Both the position numbers and the translations under genes were made by a program. A stretch of 64,000 nucleotides of DNA, taken from positions 158,286,001 to 158,350,000 of the forward strand of contig CM097886.1 in NCBI GenBank assembly GCA_044892525.1, given 5' to 3'. Source of the stretch: Schmidtea polychroa (lineage: Eukaryota). Shown piece after piece: positions 57,301 to 64,000 of the stretch (within the stretch, counting starts at the first letter, position 1; each line of letters starts with the position of its first letter). The notes below the pieces were generated by a model, which was given only the letters and a program-made list of their open reading frames with translations, had not been told where the DNA came from and made no database searches.

Positions 57301-60300
57301 TTAAATATGAAAAAAGTTTGAGAAAAGTTTGACCAATACCCATAGGAAGACAAAATATCTTGTCGGATAAACTTCGAGTATATATCATAATGTTGACAAT
57401 GCCAATAAAATGAGTTGTTTTATCGGACTATTTTGTCGGGGTACCTATATAAGTCATTGCTAATTACATTACAATCCCAATAAATATTGAATCAACATCT
57501 AATTTATTGAATGTCAATTTTAATTTTTATCATATTCTATTACACTTTTTCTTNNNNNNNNNNNNNNNNNNNNNNNNNNNNNNNNNNNNNNNNNNNNNNN
57601 NNNNNNNNNNNNNNNNNNNNNNNNNNNNNNNNNNNNNNNNNNNNNNNNNNNNNNNNNNNNNNNNNNNNNNNNNNNNNNNNNNNNNNNNNNNNNNNNNNNN
57701 TGAAATTTTAATGAATGATAATTTTAGGACTTGTATAATGAAATTGATCTGTACAAGACTCAATTTCAATTATGCTCTGAATCAGAGAAAAACGACTCGG
57801 AATATCAAATATCGAAAAGATGGAAAATATTCAACGATAAAATCAATGAAACTAAGTAATTTAAATTGATTTGTTTTAACGCATTTTCTATAAAAATTAT
57901 TCAATTATCTATAATTATAGACAATGTTTGGAAGGGACAATGGAAAGTGGACACAATTTATTAACAAAGTTGCGACTACTCAATGATTGGTTGGCGCATA
58001 AAGAAGCCGACATGCTGGAACAGAAAGGAAACGTTTGTAACACATTCATTACGGCACAAAATCAGCTTTTGAAATTCGAAAATTTCATTTCCGATATTGA
58101 AGCCCATCGAAATCAAATTGAAGAAGCCATTGAATTAGCACAAAACCAAATCGGTGAAGCGATTGATTCAAACAAAGTCATGGAACAATCTCATACTATC
58201 AATTTAGAATCTGAAGGTAATTATTAATTTATACGTATTCTTTGTATAGAAACTAGAACAAATAAACTTCAAATAAAAAGCAGGTTATCTGTAAAAGGCA
58301 GTACCGAAAATTCGTGAATATCAAAAACATCGATATATTACTGATTTATAGTTTTCAGGCTCTTTTTAATAAATTTAAAGGTTATCTGAAGGTTATATAT
58401 CAAATAATATTTATTTTGTATGAAGGGATAAGGTGTAAAGGAGAGTACTTTTGAGAAATTTGAAAGGCTCTTTTTATTTTTCCTTTGGACACAAATAAGA
58501 CCTTTATTTTTTATTTAATATTTTCTTTTTGAAAATACAACATATATGATATTATTCAATTTTAACTTTATAAGACGTATGCTTACAAAATACTGAATTG
58601 GCCATATCAAAACTACAATTAGTTTTTTGGGTGACTTACATCTCTTGGAAAAAAATGTCTATTATTGTAAAAAATATTGGGAAACACTTTCGGTTATGTT
58701 AGTGTTCATATTCATGAACCAGTATTTTCCCATGGTTTACTTTATCCGAGGAAAAATATATCAAATGTTTTATTGAAAACATAACATTATTATGTAACAT
58801 ATTTTATAACATTTCTCATATAATCTATTTTATTTTTTATTTTTAATTTTGATATAAATTAATATCAGATATCATTAAACAATAGCAAATGCAAAGTCAA
58901 ATGTAAATTATGGGCTTGGTACGTAATATATAATGGTGAGAGTCACTGGACCAGAATGCAGAACTGTCTTGCATAACGTTGAAAATGTATAATCTTGTGT
59001 AGTTATGGTTTTCACTTCTTTGAATCTATGTGAAACTTATTTTTGAAATTAATATATTTTCTTTTAATTTTATTGATTATTAAGCTATTGATTATTTCGG
59101 ATCAAATGTACGAATGATATTTTAGTAATTTTTAATAATAGATCTTATCTTAGGTGAATCGGATAATTCGGACACCGGCTCAAACGGAAACGTTCCTGAT
59201 GACAAAAGTAAAAGACTTCACCGCAGACTTCGCCGTCATTCTCATTATATGAAACGGAAATGGATTGAATTAAATTTAAAAATGCGCGATTTTTATGATT
59301 ATTTCAAGAAAAAGTCAATGGTAAAACAAAAAATATTAATTTTTTCAAACATATATTTATATAAAATTCGCTATAGATATTGAAATCCGTCGACATTCAA
59401 ATGAAAGAGTGCAATCAGTTATTATCAGAATTGGAATTCCATATTGACAATTGGTCGAATGTTGCCAATATAAAACTTTCTGTGATTCCACAAGAAATAT
59501 CACAGGCAAAGGTAAAGTTATTTTCCATTTACCTTTTCATTTGATTTATAATGTAAAAATAATAAATTTAATTTCAATTAAAAACTTTTTCTAGAGTCTA
59601 ATTCAGTCACTTCAACCATTATTGGAGAAAATAGCCGCAATTGAAACACAGAAAAGCCAATTGCAAAACATGAAAGTTCCAATTAATGATGAAATATCGA
59701 AGGAGTCGGAAAAGATANNNNNNNNNNNNNNNNNNNNNNNNNNNNNNNNNNNNNNNNNNNNNNNNNNNNNNNNNNNNNNNNNNNNNNNNNNNNNNNNNNN
59801 NNNNNNNNNNNNNNNNNNNNNNNNNNNNNNNNNNNNNNNNNNNNNNNNNNNNNNNNNNNNNNNNNNNNNNNNNNNNNNNNNNNNNNNNNNNNNNNNNNNN
59901 NNNNNNNNNNNNNNNNNNNNNNNNNNNNNNNNNTATTATAATATTTTTGGAAACTCTTTCCACTAAAGTTAAATGTCAATTCCTATTTAACAGACAATGT
60001 CATTTTTAACATTTAAATAGGGCCGTGCCAAAATTTTTGTTAAATAGAAAAAAATACAGTGTTCAAAAATCGAGATCTAAATGAATAAAAAAAGTCATAC
60101 AGTCATATTTACCAATACCAAATATCTTTGAATTTGGTTTCTTAAAAATTTCTACAATTAATAATATTGTATTCATGATAAATATTATCTTTGCTTTTCG
60201 GTAATCAAACTTTAATTTTGCTTAACCTTCATGGAATTAACAGCCTACAAAATGAAACTAAATTCAAGTTTTTAATACAGGGTTTTCCTAAATGTTTAAT

Positions 60301-62274
60301 CATTAAATTAAATAATTTTGTCATGCGATCAAAATTTTATAAAACCAATATTTGGGTCACAAAAGATTATAGCTATCGTAATAAAAAACATAATATTTTA
60401 AAATGAAAAATATAAAATTAAATTAAACTAAAAGTTGAGAATTAACAGAATTAATGGGAGAATTAATTTAATTGAGAATTAACAGAATTAACAGAATTAA
60501 TGGGAGAAGGCGGTCAAACAAGAAAGGGTAAAGGGAAAACAACTTGACAGCTGTCAGAGATGAAAATGGGACAGTCGGGAAAAGCAGGAGAAGGAAAATG
60601 GAAAAACACTTGATTATCTGGAGTGTCACAAGAGAAGCGAACTATATAAGGGAAAACTGGTGGACATGAAAAGAGAGAATAAAATTAGAGACAAAAGTGA
60701 CGCGACATTGAGACAATTTGGAAGTCGATTTGAGAGATAAAATTATTGGAGAAAATTAGACGTTAGACGAGACGTTGTTGGACAAACGATTGTCAAAAAT
60801 AATTGCAAAAGAAATAATTGTGGAGAATAATTATTGGGGAAGAGTTGAAGAAAAGAATTGGTTGAATAATAAAACGAAAAGAAGTTATTTGATTATTTGA
60901 ATAAAGCTGTGAAGAAAATCAAAGAAGACAACCAGCTCAAAATCTCAGTTTAGAAACCAATCAGTAATTTGTGATCTTTTAATTCGGTGTTATACACAAG
61001 TGCTATTCCTCACCGAGTGTTGCAATAAGCATTATATAGTCACCAAGCAGGTGTTGAATTCATTGTCAGTGTAAAGAGAAAGTGTATTCGTGATTATCAA
61101 TAAAGATTTCTGTTGTCAAGTGTTATTTGTGAATCATATAAAGACACGCTTGGAGTCAGAGTAACATTTGAAATTTATCACCAACTCAATAGCCCAACAT
61201 TACATTAAATAATTATTGTTGGGGAAAAATAAATTTATTTCGTATTTTATAATAAATTTATTGGTTTAATTATATTTTATTTATATTTTATTTTAATTAC
61301 CCAAATAATATTTCCTATTTTTTAAATTTTAAATTTTAAATCAAATTAAATATTAATTAATTAAGTTGTATGTTGATGGACGGTTTAAGTTTTTTGATAT
61401 AAAGCGTCTCCACGGTTAATCTTTGCAATGAATTTTTGAACGCATCTTGTAACATTTTGCATTTTGTTTCATGTAAGAGTGGTGCTGATTTGTAAATATG
61501 TATTATAAATGTATTATAAATAAACTTTTCAACTCTATTTCATGCCATTTAGAGTAACAGTACAACTCACCACACGCTCAAAACGAGTAGTATTTAGTTT
61601 AATTTTACATTAAAAAAAAATATTATTTTATATTTTTCATTTTAAAAAATTATGTTTTTTATTACGAAAGCTATAATCTTTGACAAAGTGATTAAACATT
61701 TTGATAAAGATGATGAAACATTTAGGAAAACCCTGTATTATTTTTAGATATAATTTTAGTAATAAAGCAGTAGATTTTGAATAACAAAAATAATTTTAGA
61801 ATATCATATATCAAGTCTCTTTGTGAGATGAGATTGAAACAACTCCATCAGCAAGAAAACGTATCATTAAAACAAACGTCAAACAATGAAGAACCACAAA
61901 TTCCAATGTCTCACGAGATTGATATGCCTTTAGGTTTGTCGGAAAATCGGAAATTTATTGAATTAGAAAACGGTAATTTATTGAGTAAATTGTTTTGTAA
62001 ATGAGCTTTTAAATTTAGAATCGGTATCATATCCTTGGGAACGATGTCTTCATCCTTCGGGATCAGAAGTGCCTTATTATAAAAAGTACATTGTCAATAT
62101 ATATATTTATTGAAAAATATTATGAAAATTTGTTCAGTCATTCAACTCAAGATACTCAATGGGATCATCCGATCATGGCAGACTTGATCAAGTCATTTGA
62201 TGAACTAAATTCCATCCGATTTTCCGCCTATCGCACAGCCATGAAATTAAGAGCACTTCAAAAATTGCTATGTT
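8550..62274 (+). CDS. dmd: Dystrophin/utrophin-like gene, partial (both ends outside the window); span of multi-exon CDS
   Basis: Hand-spliced exon chain encodes spectrin-type repeats, then WW ([33 protein letters not shown]) and [25 protein letters not shown], the dystrophin-family signature. Splice phases agree exon to exon except 51084->57921 and across the gap after 59717. Confidence 0.95.
11603..11986 (+). CDS. dmd: dystrophin exon (0/0), Ser-rich linker plus repeat start
   Basis: atttag acceptor next to an N gap, 128 open codons containing ORF 11663, gtaaat donor. Confidence 0.72.
12449..13690 (+). pseudogene. Cluster of decayed dystrophin-like exons (about 12449-12548, 12720-12840, 12902-about 13240, 13614-13690)
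   Basis: Residual splice signals (gtatgt...aacag 61-nt intron at 12841-12901). Broken frames give [32 protein letters not shown]; lesions include a 10-bp tandem duplication and a (TA)n inside the frame. Confidence 0.55.
13071..13144. repeat. (TA)n microsatellite
   Basis: Direct reading. Confidence 0.99.
14642..14854. mobile_element. hAT-family (Charlie/Buster-type) MITE with perfect 8-bp TSD
   Basis: Ends CAGAGCTTCTCAAA ... TTTGAGAACCACTG; ACTTAGAT on both sides (14634-41 and 14855-62). Confidence 0.9.
16598..16821 (+). pseudogene. Decayed spectrin-repeat-like exon
   Basis: ttaag acceptor and gtaata donor; phase-0 frame with 5 stops and 1 frameshift gives [43 protein letters not shown]. 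Confidence 0.45.
17599..17697 (+). CDS. dmd: dystrophin rod exon (0/0) [16 protein letters not shown]...LDKIQ
   Basis: tttag/gttcgt boundaries, 33 open codons, 71-nt intron follows. Confidence 0.8.
17769..17873 (+). CDS. dmd: dystrophin rod exon (0/0) [14 protein letters not shown]...LKEYE
   Basis: tttag/gtagac boundaries, 35 open codons. Confidence 0.8.
18600..18690. mobile_element. piggyBac-like terminus
   Basis: CAGTGAAAGGG|TTAA (reverse complement TTAA|CCCTTTCACTG); partner end not found. Confidence 0.35.
18958..21060 (-). mobile_element. Degenerate hAT transposon (BED finger plus hATC dimerisation domain)
   Basis: Terminus TAGGGATCGTAATCCCGG with CGGGAT repeats. Minus-strand fragments [15 protein letters not shown] (BED), ARDGFPF and [19 protein letters not shown] (hATC). 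5' end not found. Confidence 0.9.
21181..21240. repeat. (TA)n microsatellite
   Basis: Direct reading. Confidence 0.99.
22486..22561. repeat. (TA)n microsatellite
   Basis: Direct reading. Confidence 0.99.
25791..26123 (+). CDS. dmd: dystrophin rod exon (0/0) [10 protein letters not shown]...LSERIQ
   Basis: cattag/gtaaga boundaries, 111 codons, includes ORF 25842. Confidence 0.85.
26172..26341 (+). CDS. dmd: dystrophin rod exon (0/2) DIDDKLADC...QTHL
   Basis: 48-nt intron upstream; open frame; phase 2 donor matches the next exon. Confidence 0.85.
27466..27610 (+). CDS. dmd: dystrophin rod exon (2/0) [20 protein letters not shown]...EIK
   Basis: tatag/gtgaga boundaries; spectrin-like Trp positions; phases fit both neighbours. 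Confidence 0.87.
32226..32494 (+). CDS. dmd: dystrophin rod exon (0/2) [10 protein letters not shown]...[12 protein letters not shown]
   Basis: ttaag/gtgagt boundaries; open frame; phase 2 end matches 34482. Confidence 0.85.
33932..34309 (-). pseudogene. UBA52: Ubiquitin-60S ribosomal protein L40 (UBA52/eL40) pseudogene, intronless
   Basis: [43 protein letters not shown]...[56 protein letters not shown]. Lesions: +1 insertion, GAA>TAA, net 10-nt deletion before LRGG. Confidence 0.96.
34482..34749 (+). CDS. dmd: dystrophin exon (2/0), linker plus repeat (LNNWAKLTS...[10 protein letters not shown])
   Basis: ttccag/gtaggc boundaries; open frame. Confidence 0.85.
37130..37691 (+). mobile_element. 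hAT Buster/Charlie (ZBED5-like) transposon 3' relic
   Basis: [20 protein letters not shown]...[24 protein letters not shown] matches the family C-terminus (YLCESGFS...QAHPSH); terminus AAAGTTTGGGGAGCACTG. Confidence 0.85.
39059..39337 (+). CDS. dmd: dystrophin rod exon (0/0) [10 protein letters not shown]...KLHYP
   Basis: aacag/gtgaga boundaries; 93 open codons. Confidence 0.8.
40627..41394 (+). mobile_element. Solo-LTR-like element, copy 1
   Basis: Starts TGTTGAGG; CTATATAA TATA-like box near 41015; clearly homologous to 60430-61199 and 63484-64000; internal deletion removes the AATAAA segment; 3' end diverged. Confidence 0.7.
42470..42652 (+). CDS. dmd: dystrophin rod exon (0/0) [10 protein letters not shown]...NKKEA
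   Basis: tttag/gtgagt boundaries; 61 codons; 63-nt intron follows. Confidence 0.85.
42716..42892 (+). CDS. dmd: dystrophin exon (0/0), hinge3/R20-like, resembles human exon 51
   Basis: ttcag/gtaaat; [15 protein letters not shown] resembles human SQRVMVGDLEDINEMI (recalled). Confidence 0.85.
44005..44110 (+). CDS. dmd: dystrophin exon (0/1), resembles human exon 52
   Basis: tgtag/gtagcc; [13 protein letters not shown] resembles QDLEQRRPQLEEL; phase 1 end matches 49149. Confidence 0.8.
45280..45347. repeat. (TA)n microsatellite
   Basis: Direct reading. Confidence 0.99.
49149..49348 (+). CDS. dmd: dystrophin exon (1/0), resembles human exon 53
   Basis: ttcag/gttagt; [21 protein letters not shown] resembles ERIQNQWDEVQEHLQNRRQQL. 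Confidence 0.9.
49427..49581 (+). CDS. dmd: dystrophin exon (0/2, 155 nt), resembles human exon 54
   Basis: tttag/gtacgc; ends QWSTIMNK, like human SWRSIHKR; same length and phases as recalled for exon 54. Confidence 0.9.
50814..51084 (+). CDS. dmd: dystrophin exon (2/0), resembles human exon 55
   Basis: ttccag/gtaagt; [12 protein letters not shown] resembles LEKFLAWLTEAE; open frame. Confidence 0.85.
51131..51332 (+). pseudogene. Disrupted dystrophin exon, orthologue of human exon 56
   Basis: Two-frame translation [44 protein letters not shown] resembles AHTDVYHNLDENSQKILRSLEGSDDAVLLQRRLDNMNFKWSELRKK. Acceptor reads CG at 51129-30; TGA at 51134 and 51268; 1-nt loss near 51244; GTAAGT donor at 51333. 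Confidence 0.75.
52263..52785. mobile_element. Foldback/MITE-like element with long inverted repeats
   Basis: 59-bp inverted repeats at 52267-52325 and 52702-52760 (1 mismatch); internal near-palindromic GTTATTCyATGAAATAAC units; repeated ACTTTAACGG; left end lost in N gap. Confidence 0.8.
55465..56260 (+). mobile_element. hAT Charlie/SPIN (GTF2IRD2-like) transposon 5' relic
   Basis: Terminus CAGGGGTTAACAAAGTGAGGCCCGC preceded by GTTTAGAA. Frameshifted [19 protein letters not shown]...ICLICNH...[11 protein letters not shown]...QQKIFKK...YVIAQEIAK; truncated. Confidence 0.88.
57921..58216 (+). CDS. dmd: dystrophin exon (2/1), R23-like, resembles human exons 57-58
   Basis: tatag/gtaatt; [28 protein letters not shown] resembles SHLEASSDQWKRLHLSLQELLVWLQLKD. 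Confidence 0.9.
59154..59320 (+). CDS. dmd: dystrophin exon (1/0), end of R23
   Basis: cttag/gtaaaa; [20 protein letters not shown] resembles RLLRKQAEEVNTEWEKLNLH. Confidence 0.9.
59377..59511 (+). CDS. dmd: dystrophin exon (0/0), R24 first half
   Basis: 56-nt intron upstream; [21 protein letters not shown] resembles SWQPVGDLLIDSLQDHLEKVK. Confidence 0.9.
59595..59717 (+). CDS. dmd: dystrophin exon, R24 second half, 3' end lost in N gap
   Basis: tctag acceptor, phase 0; [13 protein letters not shown] resembles ALRGEIAPLKENV; cut by the gap at 59718. Confidence 0.85.
60430..61199 (+). mobile_element. Solo-LTR-like element, copy 2 (5' truncated)
   Basis: TATA-like CTATATAA near 60641, AATAAA near 61099, ends CCCAACA; no PBS after it. 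Confidence 0.75.
61357..61500 (-). mobile_element. Penelope-like element GIY-YIG endonuclease C-terminal relic
   Basis: [11 protein letters not shown]...[23 protein letters not shown] resembles the PLE motif KSAI..H...C / [13 protein letters not shown]. Confidence 0.6.
61800..61972 (+). CDS. dmd: dystrophin exon (2/1), end of R24 plus expanded hinge 4
   Basis: tttag/gtaatt; [10 protein letters not shown] resembles AVEDRVRQLH; phase 1 end matches the WW exon. Confidence 0.85.
62019..62085 (+). CDS. dmd: dystrophin WW domain exon 1 (1/2)
   Basis: [23 protein letters not shown]; 46-nt and 52-nt flanking introns. Confidence 0.95.
62138..62274 (+). CDS. dmd: dystrophin WW end plus EF-hand start (2/1, 137 nt)
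   Basis: [45 protein letters not shown]; ttcag/gtaagt. Confidence 0.95.
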
Positions 62275-63483
62275 GTAAGTATTTTAGTTGAGAATTATTA
62301 ATTTAAGTAAAAACAGATTTAAGAGACAAAATTATATTATAAACAAACAAAACTATAACTCAAAGAAGAAATAGATTCTGTAAATAACTTGAACATATGG
62401 CACATAGTGATGATTTTATATCTAAAAAGTGACAATCAAAATCACTTGTTCAAAGACTGCCAAGTATTCTATTCAACGTGACCATTAAAAAGGAAAAAAC
62501 AAGAAAAGAGTTTAGCTGTTAAGATTGTTGTCAATTTAATCACACTTTAAAGTATTAATTTTGTCTAATTCCTTTCAAATACTTAAAACTAGACAATTCA
62601 CATATTCTTCAACAATATATTTCACACGTTTTTATCATTAGTTGCCTTTATCCCTTTACCTTTTTATTTTCTACATTTTCCTTTTTTGCCATTACATTTA
62701 TAGTACTGCACTCATTATTGCTAAGCATTTAAATGTCGCTTTTTAATCCACATTTTCATATGAAACTTACACTGGTATATAATAGAAATCTCCATGATTC
62801 AAGAGTAAATAACGGTTTAAAAAGGTCTACATTATGATATATAGCAATATACACTAATACGATTCCAACACACTTTTAGTCTTTAATGTAGTTAGAAATA
62901 AAAATATTTCATTATATAAGAGGATGGCTATTTTAAATAATTAATTCCTTAAAACTTTAGCCTTTCTCTTTTGCCGACAATTCAAATTAGCTTTCTCTTA
63001 GACAAATAATTAATTTTAATTTTGAAAAGGAAACTTGATTCTATTAACTGTGATCTTATATATTTGTTTTATCTCTACTAATTATCAAAATATTTTTGTG
63101 CCTCTCAATAAATTAATAAATATTAATAAATTAATCGGTATAATTTATATAAAATTATATATTTATTCACAGAGTTTTCGATTTGATTCCCATATAATTG
63201 CAGGAACCTTTACGTTATAAAATAAATGAATATTTTAATTATTGTGTAATCATTATGTTATTACTTCATTATATTAATATAGTCAAACATGGCCTATAAA
63301 GTAATTCTTTTACTGTTGACAATAAAATTATCTATGAGATTTCAATTTTTTTTTCTAACGTCTCACGCCTCTTTAGAATTCTTTTCCAGCAAAATATAAC
63401 ATCATTTAAACAATATTAATGTCTATTTATTGCATAATCTGATATCCTCTACTTTTTCTACATATTAGCCTGTTTTTTACTTT

Positions 63484-64000
63484 TGTTGGGTTATTGAGTT
63501 GGTGATAAAATTTAATGTTATTCTGACTCCAAGCGTGTCTTTATATAATTCACAAATAACACTTGACAACAGAAATCTTTATTGATAATCACAAATAAAC
63601 TTTCACTTGACACTGACAATAAATTCAACACTCTACTTGGTGACTATACAATGCTTATTGCAACACTCAGTGAGGAATAGCATTTGTGTATAACACCGGA
63701 TTAAAGATCACAAATTACTGATTGGTTTCTAAACTGGGATTTTGAGCTGGTTGTTTTCTTTGACTTTCTTTCAAACTTTATTCAAATAATCAATAACTTC
63801 TTTTCATTTTATTATTCAACTAATTCTTCTCTTCAACTTTTCTCCAATAATTATTTTCCACAATTATTTCCTTTACAATTATTTTTGTTGTCTCCTTTGT
63901 TCTCTCCTTTGTTCTAATTTCATGTTCACCAGTTTTCCTTTATATAGTTCGCTTCTCTTGTGGCACTCCAGATAATCAAGTGTTTTTCCACTTTCCTTCT
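63484..64000 (-). mobile_element. Solo-LTR-like element, copy 3 (inverted, continues past window end)
   Basis: TGTTGGG at 63484 is the reverse complement of the copy 2 end; colinear with copy 2. Confidence 0.8.

Noticed and set aside
8890-60009. Numerous ORF-track entries containing X runs
   Set aside because: Artefacts of N gaps.
63035-63220. Candidate next EF-hand exon (human exon 65 equivalent)
   Set aside because: No phase-1 acceptor giving an LDLL-like open frame; the next exon probably lies beyond the window.
1-64000. CRISPR arrays, tRNA/rRNA genes, prokaryotic operons
   Set aside because: None seen; the sequence is eukaryotic, and the short palindromic repeats at 52.3-52.8 kb lack spacer-repeat periodicity.

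Overview
Very AT-rich (roughly three-quarters A+T, estimated by eye) eukaryotic draft scaffold with 12 N gaps. The mix of tiny (about 46-80 nt) and large transposon-filled introns suggests an invertebrate such as a planarian flatworm (inference only). The window lies inside one large + strand gene, a dystrophin/utrophin orthologue. I reconstructed 23 open exons with GT-AG boundaries and mostly matching splice phases. They run from central spectrin-like rod repeats through hinge 3 and repeats about R20-R24 to the WW domain and the start of the EF-hand region (PWERC...VPYY...WDHP...[12 protein letters not shown]). The introns contain an internally deleted Ty3/gypsy retrotransposon with both 167-bp LTRs, three solo-LTR-like copies of a second family, pogo/Tc2, several hAT relics and a hAT MITE, a Penelope-like endonuclease relic, a foldback element, an antisense UBA52 pseudogene and microsatellites. 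The most unusual observation is a set of apparently dead rod-domain exons among fully intact ones. One matches human DMD exon 56 and has lost its acceptor and carries two stops and a frameshift, which breaks the frame between the rod and the C-terminal module. Comparisons to human DMD exons are from memory and need checking by alignment.
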